From positions 551,239-615,238 of the forward strand of contig NMRA01000015.1 in the NCBI GenBank assembly GCA_002633005.1: a stretch of DNA of 64,000 nucleotides. The letters are read 5' to 3'. This stretch comes from Phoronis australis. Taxonomy: Eukaryota; Animalia; Phoronida. The notes below the pieces were generated by a model, which made no database searches, was not told the origin of the DNA, and worked only from the letters and a program-made list of their open reading frames with translations. How positions within the stretch are numbered: the stretch's first letter is position 1; every line of letters begins with the position of its first letter. Both the position numbers and the translations under genes were made by a program. Of the stretch, positions 41,401 through 53,400 are shown piece by piece.

Positions 41401-44400
41401 GTTCGTTGGAACACCTGATGCAGTTTGTCTCCGTGTAGCGAGCTGGAGGTGGAACGTGCGGGCAGAGGGTCAGAACAATTCTCAATCTGGAGAGGGAAAG
41501 CAGATTCATGGAGCACTCAAGCAAACAAGGTGAAATTTATCAGCATGTACATTTGTAAGGTGTGTACTATTACGACAGTATTTGTTTCAACGAATACCTA
41601 ACTAATGTAATGTAACTATTGAATCTTAAAAAATTGTTCCACAAAAGTATCGTTATCAGCAGTTGTTCTCAGAAATATAGACATGAAGCAGAGTTTGATA
41701 TGAACGTAGCTTTCACAAAAAATGTTAACCCAGTCTTCAACAATAGGTTTTAAAGATTTTTGAATACTACACAATTTCTTACCAATATGTCTTCATTGAC
41801 TTTTAATGAGTCCATTTCTCATTTTTAATTCTGGCATATCTGATCCCTTTCCTTTTCCTTGTCTCAGAACCTTACCTGTACCACCCTGCTAGGGTCGTCC
41901 AGCTCCAACTGAGCTAATATGACACCTGCGTCCAGCACAGCCCCTGGTCTCTTCACGTAGTGCACGTGACCGCTCTCGCTGGCACGTAACTCCATCACCA
42001 TCTTCATCACTTCAATCTCAGCGTAGACCTCACCAGCCAAAACATGGCCACCGTCTTCTACGATGTAGTTCACCAGCTTGCCAGCAGAGGGCGACCTGAA
42101 ATATGGCCAAAACTTTAAAAATTGGTTTCTAAATGGAAACTGAAAGCCACATGCACTAAGTATACAGTTCTTACATGAAACAAAACTTGTAAGTCACTGA
42201 AACATCAAATATGTAAACTATAACATCCTATAGTAACCACACACATTACTTTCTGTCAGGAAATACTTCCATTTCATGATAACAACTCGACTATTTTAAC
42301 CCAAAATGGTGGAAGGCGCCTAGTATTATCATGACATAAATCAAGAAAGTCAATGAAGCCTCGGGTTCAACTCTTGTTGAATTAAAAATCAAGCTCCCAT
42401 AAACCATGTTCTGCTGTCAAAAGTAATTTTATTCACAAGGTCTCCAAAGCAATGTTTGTTTGTAATTGAAATTGGTTGTATTAAGATAAATGGAATTCCT
42501 CCGACTGCTACACTGCTTTGACGACTGAACCTATTACCCTGCCATGACAAGTCATACAGTGAGCCTGTACCCTGCTATGACCAAGTCATACAACGAGCCT
42601 GTACCAAGCCATGACCAAGTCATACAATGGGCCTGTACACTGCCAAGACCAAATCACACAGTGAGCCTGTATCCAGTCATGACCAAGTCATACAGTGTGC
42701 CAAGGTAGGGTTCAGCAACGCTAAGACCTATGCTACGGCCTTGTTAATATCCAGCCAAAACCACGTGTTCTCATTTAAAATACACGGCAATACCTCACGT
42801 AATCTCCCAAAAGTCTTGCTTTTTAGTGCGGTACTAGCGTTACTGAACTCTACAATATTCACCAACTCTCAGTTCTTCTCAAGCCTGAAAATCCTTTCTA
42901 AACTGAGTAACAAACAAGATGGCTGACTTTTTTGTAAGTAGCCTAAATCAAAAGCTAAGTTTTGACAAAAAATACCCATTTATCGCACATTTAATAAATA
43001 TCACAAATAAAGCAGAGAAATTCTAATTAAGAAAAATATAGTTTAATTGACAGAACCGTTCCAATTTCAACACCCACACGCAAACAAAATAGTCCTACAG
43101 ACAGATGAGGGTAAAAAGACTCTCACAGTATGAAAGTGGATGACATACCGCTTCTTGAAATCAGCAACAACATTACCATGATCTTAAAACAGCATTTTAC
43201 CTACATTTCAGTTAAACCAGACGGGCAAGACTCAAGTTCTACATAAGCTCACCTGAGCACCGACGGGTCATTCTCCTTCTCAAACACGCAGGTTTTGTTA
43301 CCGATGGTGATCCTATAGTTACACGCTTCTTCCTTCATGTATGTGGTATAGCTAGCGCCATCTAGAGAGATCAGTAGGCCCCCATCAGAGAGGCGGTGAG
43401 TCTCTACATCAATGAACGAATTGTTCATACAGAGAAAGTAACCGGTTGGACCCGTCTTACAAACCTACAGAAAACAAATTAAAGGTACAGTTATCAACAA
43501 TGCATCCTATTTATCTGATTATATGCGTGCAGTCTTAAGATTTAAGTAAGAAATTTGGTCCGACTCTCCAAACAACAATTTCAAAAAAATAATCAAATCT
43601 CACTTGAATGTGCAGAAGTCCAAATTATCTGAACCACATAACTGCTCAAGTCGCTGAGGAAATTTCCATAAATTATTTCCAGGCTGTCATAATTCCTTAG
43701 TTAACCCTTTATTTAAGCAATAAGTCCAAATTTCAGTCTTAAATCACTTTCATTAAACAGCCACGAGGGTTGGGTTGCATAAAACCTCAAAACTTATTCA
43801 CTACACAACATCACGTACATTGTCCAACAATGCACATGTCATGTGATCACGTGATATCCAGGTGGCCCGACTAACGTAAAATCCTACTGTCAAAAATACA
43901 GAATTTTCCAACATGTTTAAAACTGATGTAACCAACAACTATAACATTTAATTCCCAACCTGTTGTTGACAATAAAGTCTACCTCACACAACACAATGTT
44001 TCTCATCTCAATGATACATGTTGCACAGTGTGTAGCATACTTTATTCACCCATTACCAGTTTATTCTACTTACCTTAATTACATATTTCTTTCGATCGTA
44101 GATCAGCTCGAGGTCAACAAATGAGAACAGTGAGTTGGCAGGAACAACGAGACCCCGCTCAAGGGAGTTATGCATCGCTTGGAAACTGTTCTGAATGCTC
44201 TGATCTGCCACGTGAAGCGCCCCGCAGATAACACCTAGCATTGTGTCTGGACGCTCCGCCTGCAATGGACACATCGTAAAGAATTATACTCGAATTTGAA
44301 GCCAATCTAATTTGGAAAGTAAAAAGATATCTTCCTACAAATCAAAATAGAAAGATCTCTTCTCGGCAAAACTTCAGAGTGAAATTTATGCCTTAACCTC

Positions 44401-47400
44401 TCTTCATTTACTGACTTCTGAAATTAGAACAAGTAGGACCTCACCTGAACTTTCTCAGCGATCAGTTTGTCCAGCCAACCAGTGTCGATGGTGTTCTGTT
44501 GGAATCTCTCTGTCTCCAACAACTTAATCAGGTATTCCACTGTTGTTCGGAAGTCCCCGCGAATGGACAATTCCTTCAGTGCAACGACCATGTTTCTAAA
44601 AATGGAAACAAGGAGTTGAAAATATAAATGGCCAACATCTAACCAGAATTTTGAGAGAATGTGCAACCAAACTAGATTCATGGTTGCATTGGAAATGTTC
44701 AATTGGAAGAGCGTCTTGCAAGTTTCACTACAAGATACCGCAATATCACGAACACTACAAGATCTCACAAGAGCTCTGCAATAAGTAATCAGCCGACCTA
44801 TTCCACCAAACACTTCCAAAATGACTGCTACCAAAATTGACTGCAGCAGTTGGACAATAAATGTCCCACAAACACAACAATCACCTTTCTCTTTCTTAGG
44901 CCAAGCCATCTCATCACAAGCAAGTTACTAGTTTTGTTAAACGAGCTCTCCTTTGACCTGCTTTTCTCTGCTTAAAGGTATACTCCAGATAACCAAGTAC
45001 CCCAAGACAGCACAAACTAATTTGACTTGAGAATAATGAATTCAGTAAAACAGGACATAACATTTAAGACAAAAAAGATAAAAAGTGTGAACTACACTTT
45101 CACAGACAAAATATATTTTAATACCAAAACACGTACTCGCGAGCATCCTCCCTGTCTTCACCCCAAGCAAAGCAATGGCCGAACTGCGAGTCAGCGAACT
45201 CATGCAGGCCACCAGATGCTGCCACACTGAAGTAGCCCCACACATTGCGGTTGCTTCGGAAGTTGAGCTCCTGAACAGTGCCAGAGCTTGGCTTGAATTC
45301 CTGAACAAAAGAGCAGAAACATTCACTGACACTTAAAGGCAAAAATAGTTGGCTCTGTTTTGTTTTTTTAAACATAAATTGTGGTCCAGTATTTTTCATC
45401 AAGAACAATGCAGGATTTATTTACTTATCATTTGGCAAACCTTGCTTACCCTTGCTTACATGCCTTTGTGCAGCTTTTCAAAAAAACACTAAAACTTTAC
45501 TGAAATTGATGTTGGAGGGCAAGTCTTTTTTGATGGTGAGTGCAGGTCTCAAAATCAGTCGGGGTACAGACCAGAACTATCAAAGTTTTTTGACCTGACA
45601 AAGCATTTTTTCACTCCACACACTACTAGTGCACACCCAAAATTCCATATCTTTGTCACTAAGTGTCACTCCACACACAACTATTATCATGTACACACCC
45701 AAAATTCCATATCTTTGCCAGTAGGTGTCACTCCACCCACTCAGATCATAAATTTCACCCGCACTGTCAGTTTTGGGTGTGGTACTGTGAACGTTATCAA
45801 TGAAATTGGCAAAAATCATAAAAGTATGCAATACCAGATTGATAAATAATTATATACTTTCAATTTTCCTATCAGGGAAGGGCGCAATCCATAGAAATGA
45901 TGCTGTTTTTGTTCCCTCCCGACATGGTGACAGACTAAAAAAACATTGACAGCGACAATAAACCAGAACGTGATATCCTATACTTTTCACATTGCCTCAA
46001 GTTTGTAAAACTTACCTCATCTGGATTTTCACTGGTTATTCTGGCTGCAATCACGTGACCTTTGGCCCTTGGCTTCGTCTTTGGTTGATCAAAGTCGATG
46101 GGTGAATCTCCCCAAGGGTCTTCTCCATACAACACACGGATGTCCTTAATTCGATACAGTGGAATCCCCATGGCGATCTACAGCAGAAAATATCAAATAT
46201 ATCCTTCCCTCCATCCACATGTTCCATCTGAAAGCGAACTAGATCACGGCTTTTTGACATGCATTAGGTATGTGAAACACAAACAGTGGGAAGCATATTC
46301 ATAATATCATGAGGGTGATGTATTGTGTGGATAGTCACTGAGCGTTTCACGAAGTCTTCAATTGTGCAATCTCATCTCTAACCCACGGAGCATAATTCAT
46401 GAATTGAATTCACAACTTACTACACCACCAACAGTTAGTTGGTAAAAGCTAATGAGAACACCCGCTCCATTTGTCGTGGATGGTGATATCCCAACATAAA
46501 CTTGCAAGACTTACTGAATTATCTAACCTAGTTCTGCAAGGAATGATGTCACATTACCTTAAATTATGTGACAAATATAAATATAAACAATTAGATGAAA
46601 TTTGGACAGTAATATCATTTATTGTTAAAACTTAATAAAATATTTATAAAATTTGTTGTGAAAGATGTCAACTTACTTGAAGCTGTGCAGCAGGCAAGTT
46701 GACGTCTGCCACCATCTCAGTGCAGGGGTGCTCCACCTGGAGGCGAGGGTTTAACTCAAGGAAAGAGAAAGTGTTGTCCTTGGCATTGTAAAGGTATTCC
46801 ACAGTGCCAGCACTGATGTACCCCACCATCTTGGCCAACTGGACTGCACACTACAACATTTCATGAAAATTAAAATATTTTCAAGCCATCTATTTCAGTT
46901 TCAAGTTAAGTTTTACGGTAGTTGCACAGTGAATTAATGGGCAGGGCGCAATATGTCATTCCGTTTTGTCTCCATCTTGGCTCCGAAACATTTAGGTCAA
47001 TCATACAATGCATTTTTCTACCTTCACAAAAGAGACAGAGAGAATAGAATTCAGAATGAGTCTATTACAGGAACTACGATAGCAACTGAACTTCATGTAT
47101 ATACACTATCCAAAGAACTTTCTAAACAACCTACCTTTTCCATTTGTTCGAAGATCTCTGATCGAGCGATGGCTGCGGGTGCCTCCTCAATAATCTTCTG
47201 GTGTCGCCGCTGTATGGAACAATCTCGCCCGAACAGCGAGATGGCGTTACCAAAGTTATCAGCCAGTAATTGGACCTCAAGATGCCTGGCCTCTCGCGCC
47301 AACTGCATCACAAAGACTGGCGAACCCTGGACTTCAGACTGCACCTAGAGTACAAAGGATGATGTCATGATGTAGTTCCACATTTTATTGTCCATTATAT

Positions 47401-50400
47401 TGAGATATTATACAACAAAACAATAGCCCAAAGCATCTTTTGCCTGAATCATCACTCAAAAACAGAACAAGTCTAATCTGTGAATGCCTTCAAATATCTT
47501 TCCTTCAAAATTGCGTGTGAATTTCGGGAAATTCCAATTAACTGCTAATGGCACACATAACAAAAATGAATATTTTACCACTATGTTTTTGACGACCGGT
47601 TCCATGAAAAGTGACTTCAGACAGAATTTCCCGTGGCGCAATAATTATTGATTAAAGGTTTTGCCAAGTAATTATGAGAACATCACGCGCTAGAAATAGT
47701 TTATAAAAATTATCGTAAAAACTAAGAGTTATGTGAATATTCTCAAAGACTTTGCATTTTGCTCAAGTGAGATTTAATTGTTTTCACACTTAAATGAGTG
47801 GAGTCTCAGACCGAATTTCTGAGTTAAGTCTTAAGTCACTTTTCAGGAAACAGGCACCTGTAGTACCTGTCTAAATAAGGCGGGGAACTCTTCTTCGGTC
47901 ACCGCTTTACGTATTCCTTTGCCCCCTCCACCTTCCGATGCCTTGATCATCACCGGGAAACCAATCTTCTTAGCAGCTGCCAGGGCATCGTCTGCATCCT
48001 TCAGGCAGCCCTGTTTGTAGACATGACTGGGCACAGTCACCGTGCCCTTACAATCAGCTCCACCAGAGGGCACAGTTAGACCTGGGAAAATGCATAGAAT
48101 TAATGCTAATCCTAAGAACTTTGATGAGGCCAGTAATAGATGAGATTCTTATCACTAACATAATTGCTTATAAAACATGAATTATCTTAAAGAGGAAAGC
48201 AACTGGGATATTTTAATTAAGAGTAATTAGTAATCTTGGAGATATTTGTCAGCATTAATTACTGGTTCTTTGACATTTGTAACTAAACATGTAAAAACAA
48301 ACCTGTTGTAAGCAGTCCAACAAAGGCTTGTATTTGATGTCTACATTCATTTCTACTGAGTTAAGACGATTACCAACACAGACTGTGTTCAATAGTGAGT
48401 CAGTCATTGTAATGTTGCACAATGGAAGTGAATTCAGACAAAGATGTGGGCCTTTTGCTGGCAACAGTTTATGTTACAGTTAATGCTGGAAAACATCTCT
48501 TCAATATAACCAGGATTGTTTCTGGTGAAGGTAACATAAAACTGCTTGTTTGGCCATCTAATACCACGAGAGAAAACAGACTTTCATTTCAATCTCAGCA
48601 AGGGACATAATAGTTACGCACCAGCTCCGCTCCATGGCAGTGTAGGGATACTGGCACTCTGAGCCACAATGGTTGATGCAATCTTGTCACCAAGAGCCCA
48701 CATGGCACCCTCTGGTGGGCCGATAAATGTGATGCCTTTAGTATGTAGCTTCTCTGGAAGTTTGGGATTTTCCGAGGCATGTCCCCATCCCGCCCATACA
48801 GCCTGAAAAATGTGTATATGTCATGTGATGAAGCAACCATGCTCCCTTCAGACATGTCATTTCCAGTGCCTGGATATCAAGTTCCAGAGAATCAAAAATC
48901 TTCTCACAAAGTCATCTAAAGGGGCATAAACCATGCGGCACGGTAAACCCTCTTCAATTTCCCTCTAAGACAATAAACATAGTTTGACAACAGTCCCTCT
49001 CTTACAGTTTCTTTGAATACACGAGATATATATTAGCTCTATCCAACTTCAAAGCCAGCCTTTCATGAGTGTTCTGTCAACTGGCCACACAGAATGTAGA
49101 CATTGTCTCTAGGACATCTTGATCCCACTAAAATGGTATATTCATATGATCAAACCACGGTACTTCAGACATCATAGACCATCAAAGGTGCTACTAAAAC
49201 TCAAAGCCTGTCTAGTTCTAGTTTATTTAGATCAGTACTGCACAGAGAGACAAATGTTGGTGTAATTTTAATAATCATCAAGTTTATCCAATTTTCTGCT
49301 ATCTGCACCAACAAATAAGAATGAAAAACTCCAATGGCGTGAGAACGAGGCGTGAGAACCGTTTAATGGATGCTGCAGCACAGGGAGTAAATAGCGCAAG
49401 ATTTAAGTGTCGTTGTGTATTCCTGGACCATCCTATATGAATACAGCATGTGCTACACAAAACAAATATTAAAAGATTTGAGAAGTCGCTGACACTGACC
49501 TGTACACCGGTCCTCCGTGCGATGTCTACAATGAGGTCTACATTGGCGTAGTTGTTATTGTTGCTACCGCCAGAGACGGGCACGTAATGGTCAGCCATAC
49601 GGATGTACTCTGAAAAAGTACACTCACACGCTAGTCTCTGAGCATGGCATAGAGAAAATTCTCGTGATAATCAATGTTTAATACAAAGCATAAAGCCCTG
49701 TTGCTGGAAAAATGAGATTTTACATTGTCCCCGACATAATATTGTAAGTTGAACACTGTTTACCATTTCGCACAGCATTCCACTCATTTAGACTATTGAA
49801 CAACTTTGTGTCCTGAGAAAAGCTAAAAAAAGAATGGAAAGATGACATACCAGCATTGGCCTTGAGATCTTCTGGCGTAACCATGACAACAAACTTGACT
49901 GCTCTCTCATCTTTGAACATCTCATAGGCCCATCGTCGCACTGAGCGCATACACTTGACAGCGGCAATACCATTGTTAGCAATCAACACCTTAAAACAAC
50001 ACAGAAATATCTATGTTTGCATGGTCAATTATATACTACAAAGATAAATAAAAATATGTAAAGTCCAAATAAAAATATTTCTACGGTCAGTATTTGTAAA
50101 AAACAAACAAACGAGCATAGGCCCCTCCTCAGTGTGGAACGAGGAAAAATACAAATGACTCAATATTGAAGATTATTGTTAGGATCATTTTTAAAGTATC
50201 TACATAATAGTGTTATTATCATCACCATCATTGTTTTTTTTGTGATTTCAATAATATTATGATTGCCTTTGTGCTATCAATCAATCTCAAAAAGGACCTC
50301 CATTCTAATTCTGCCGATCATGAAATTTAATCTGGGCTGGTTTAATAAGCCATCTGGTCCTAGGCTATGCCGACTCACAAAGCTTGGTCCACACTCACAA

Positions 50401-53400
50401 TACTACGCGGACTCACAAACCCAGGCGCACACTCACAATACTACGCGGACTCACAAACCCAGGCGCACACTCACAATACTACGTGGACTCACAAACCCAG
50501 GTCGAAACTATGCGGACTCACAAACCCAGGCCACACTCACAAAACTACGCTAACTCACAAATCCAGGCCCACACTCACAAAACTATGCTGACTCACAAAC
50601 CCAGGCCCACACTCGCAAAATACGCCGACTCACAAACCCAGGCCCACATTTACAAAACTACACAGACTCACAAGCCCAGGCCACACTCACAAAACATGCC
50701 ACATGCACACAAAAAGCACAACTCAAAGACACACACTAACAAATGCATCATGTGTCAAGGATGAGCGGTGAAGAGTCTGAGACCTATGTTTACAGGTGCC
50801 TAAGATACATTTGTGGTCCATGAGCGATGTTCATTTAGTGGATTTGAGTCTGTGCTGTTTGGGTGCGTAATGAGCTTTTTTCAGTAAGAGACAATGTTTC
50901 TGAAGCATTCAACTGAGTTCACAGGCCCATGTATTCATAACAAGGAACTACTTTAAAAAATGCATGGGTCATATTGTTCGGGTAGCCTAGATCACCCATA
51001 GGTAAGTTAGGAAGATCAAGTGATCTGTTGAAATACAGTGCGATATCACATAAAGACTTGCACGATCATTCCAAACTCGCAAAAAAAAACTACCCTTAAT
51101 GGGTGCGCCCCATTGGTTTTGAAAGAATAAACTTACTTTTGACAAAAACAAATTCTAAGCATAAAACTACAAGTTAACAATGCCAACTAGTCTGAAAAAC
51201 AACATTTAAAAGTCAAGTGAATAAATGGTAACCCTCATCAAGATTTTCTGAAAGATATAACAGCTTGTGATACATATGTAGCAACATACTACAAGTGCAA
51301 TTATCAAAACACTGAATTCACCTTATTGATAACTTTTGTGCCGCCAAACTTTCGAACAAATTCCTCAGGAGTAGCCACATAGAAGTCACGCACATACGAT
51401 GGTTTCCTTTCATGTCGTGGACGGTAAAAATTGGTCCCTGACATTGAGTACCTGCACAAAAAGATGTAAAAAATTAATCACCATAAAACAATAACAAAAG
51501 ATAGTGACATGCATATATTTCAGACAGACAGCCAACCACAAGTTGACAGGAATACCAGCCATTCTGTTCAAGCAAACACCTAATGCTCAGCTGATTGACA
51601 ACCCTGACATTCAAAGGCTCAGTGCAAAAGGTGGCCCATTCATTTCTACTGAGAGAAAATAACGAATCAAAAAACATAACTTTTTGAAAACGCTCTCCAG
51701 AGTGGAGTTAAGAAAATGGCATGCTTTGTATAAGTCATAAAACAACATTTCGCTTTCACAATTTGCAGCAAGGTAATTGGCCTATAACACAAAAATAGAC
51801 ATTATTTTTAAACTAGTGCAGTGTGAGTGAAGAACTAACCTAGACATATTAATTGTTAATTGCTGCTCTCCAGAGATAAATGTAGACATTTCCAAAGTGA
51901 CATACTATGTGGGAACTGTCCGTGTCAAATGGGTAAACGTCCTATAAGAAGCCGCAATTGTACCCTGTTTTGTACCAGACCCCAGCCTACCTGTCTCACA
52001 CAGGTGCTGCAAAACAGTAGGTGTTCAATTTACCTGCACGTGTGTAAAGGAAGAGTTCCACCTGGAGACAAAAAGCATATATGTCCACGCCCATTGAACT
52101 AAAGAGCTCCAAGAAAGACTGATGTCTAGATAGGTTTGATACATAGCAGCTGATTCACGTAATAGTGGGCACTTAGCTCAGCCTCACAACATACACTGCA
52201 CGTGCTGCCAATAGTGGGCACTCAGCTCAGCATCACAGCAGACCTCACAACATACACTGCACGCGCTGCCAATAGTGGGCACTTAGCTCAGCGTCACAGG
52301 CATCACAACATACTCACACTGTATGTGCTGCCAAAGTGTGCTATGCAAGCTGTGACTCCTTATCTTGCCTATCAAAGGCTGCAGCCTTCTACTAAATGGA
52401 TACACAAGAAAGGAGGAAATCAGGAAATCACACAGGTCTCATAGTCTTTCCACTTTCCTGAGAAAAACAATACGGAGAATTCCACTCATAACGAAACTCT
52501 CGCCTACTCAAATGGTTAATCCCCTCAAACCACATTATACCAAAACCAGTCAAGCTTTGGCATTAACTTCAGCAAAAAACATTTGAAAAGAATATACTAT
52601 TACCTAATTACTGAATGTACACGCAAATACTCTCTTTTTGTCGACTCCACAAGAAAATAATAAAGAGGAAATACCAAACTGACATGGGACTTATCCAGGT
52701 TAGAGTAAAGGTCACCTACATTCAAAACTGTCCCATTGTTTACTTTAACTGACAAAAATACCTGGGAGTGGGACCTACAATGAACAAAAGCTTCCAGCTA
52801 TAGAGTACCAGCAAAGAAAGAAGATCAAGTTCAAAAACATTATTGTATATCATTGATTGTTGAGTCTCAGTTTCCAAGAAGTTTCATCTTCTGAATCTCC
52901 ACACATTTTAGCTCACTGCTATTGCCCTTGTTGTGCAGGGCCTACTATATAACTACATAAATAAACAAGAGCAATGCAGAGCGATGAAATGCGTCCACGA
53001 ATGCACTGCAAAAGGTGTGCAGAGAAACAGAAGAAAACGGAAAAAAATGAAATTGCCACTACGGGGCGTAGTGTTCGTTGGATCCGTCTGAAAGTCCGTG
53101 ATTTTCTGTTTTCAACTTCATATAAATACACATGCTAAATTTAATAAAGATAGTGCAGAGGGCTTAGAAGATATAGCTATGGGCACAAAAAATGCCACTA
53201 GGAGGCGCCAGAGTATTCAAAGTCGTCAGAAATCATTGTCAATCGTCCTCTTCATAGTAAGAACATACATGTCAATTTTCAAAATCATCCTTACAGTGGT
53301 TTGGTTGGTAGAGGGGTGTACGCCAAAAACAGATTAGAAAACAGTAAAAATGGTCACTAGATAGCGCAAAATCCGTCCGAAAACAAAAAACAGTCATTGT

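Noticed and set aside
50263-50764. Overlapping repetitive plus-strand ORFs
   Set aside because: Produced by the 38-bp minisatellite.
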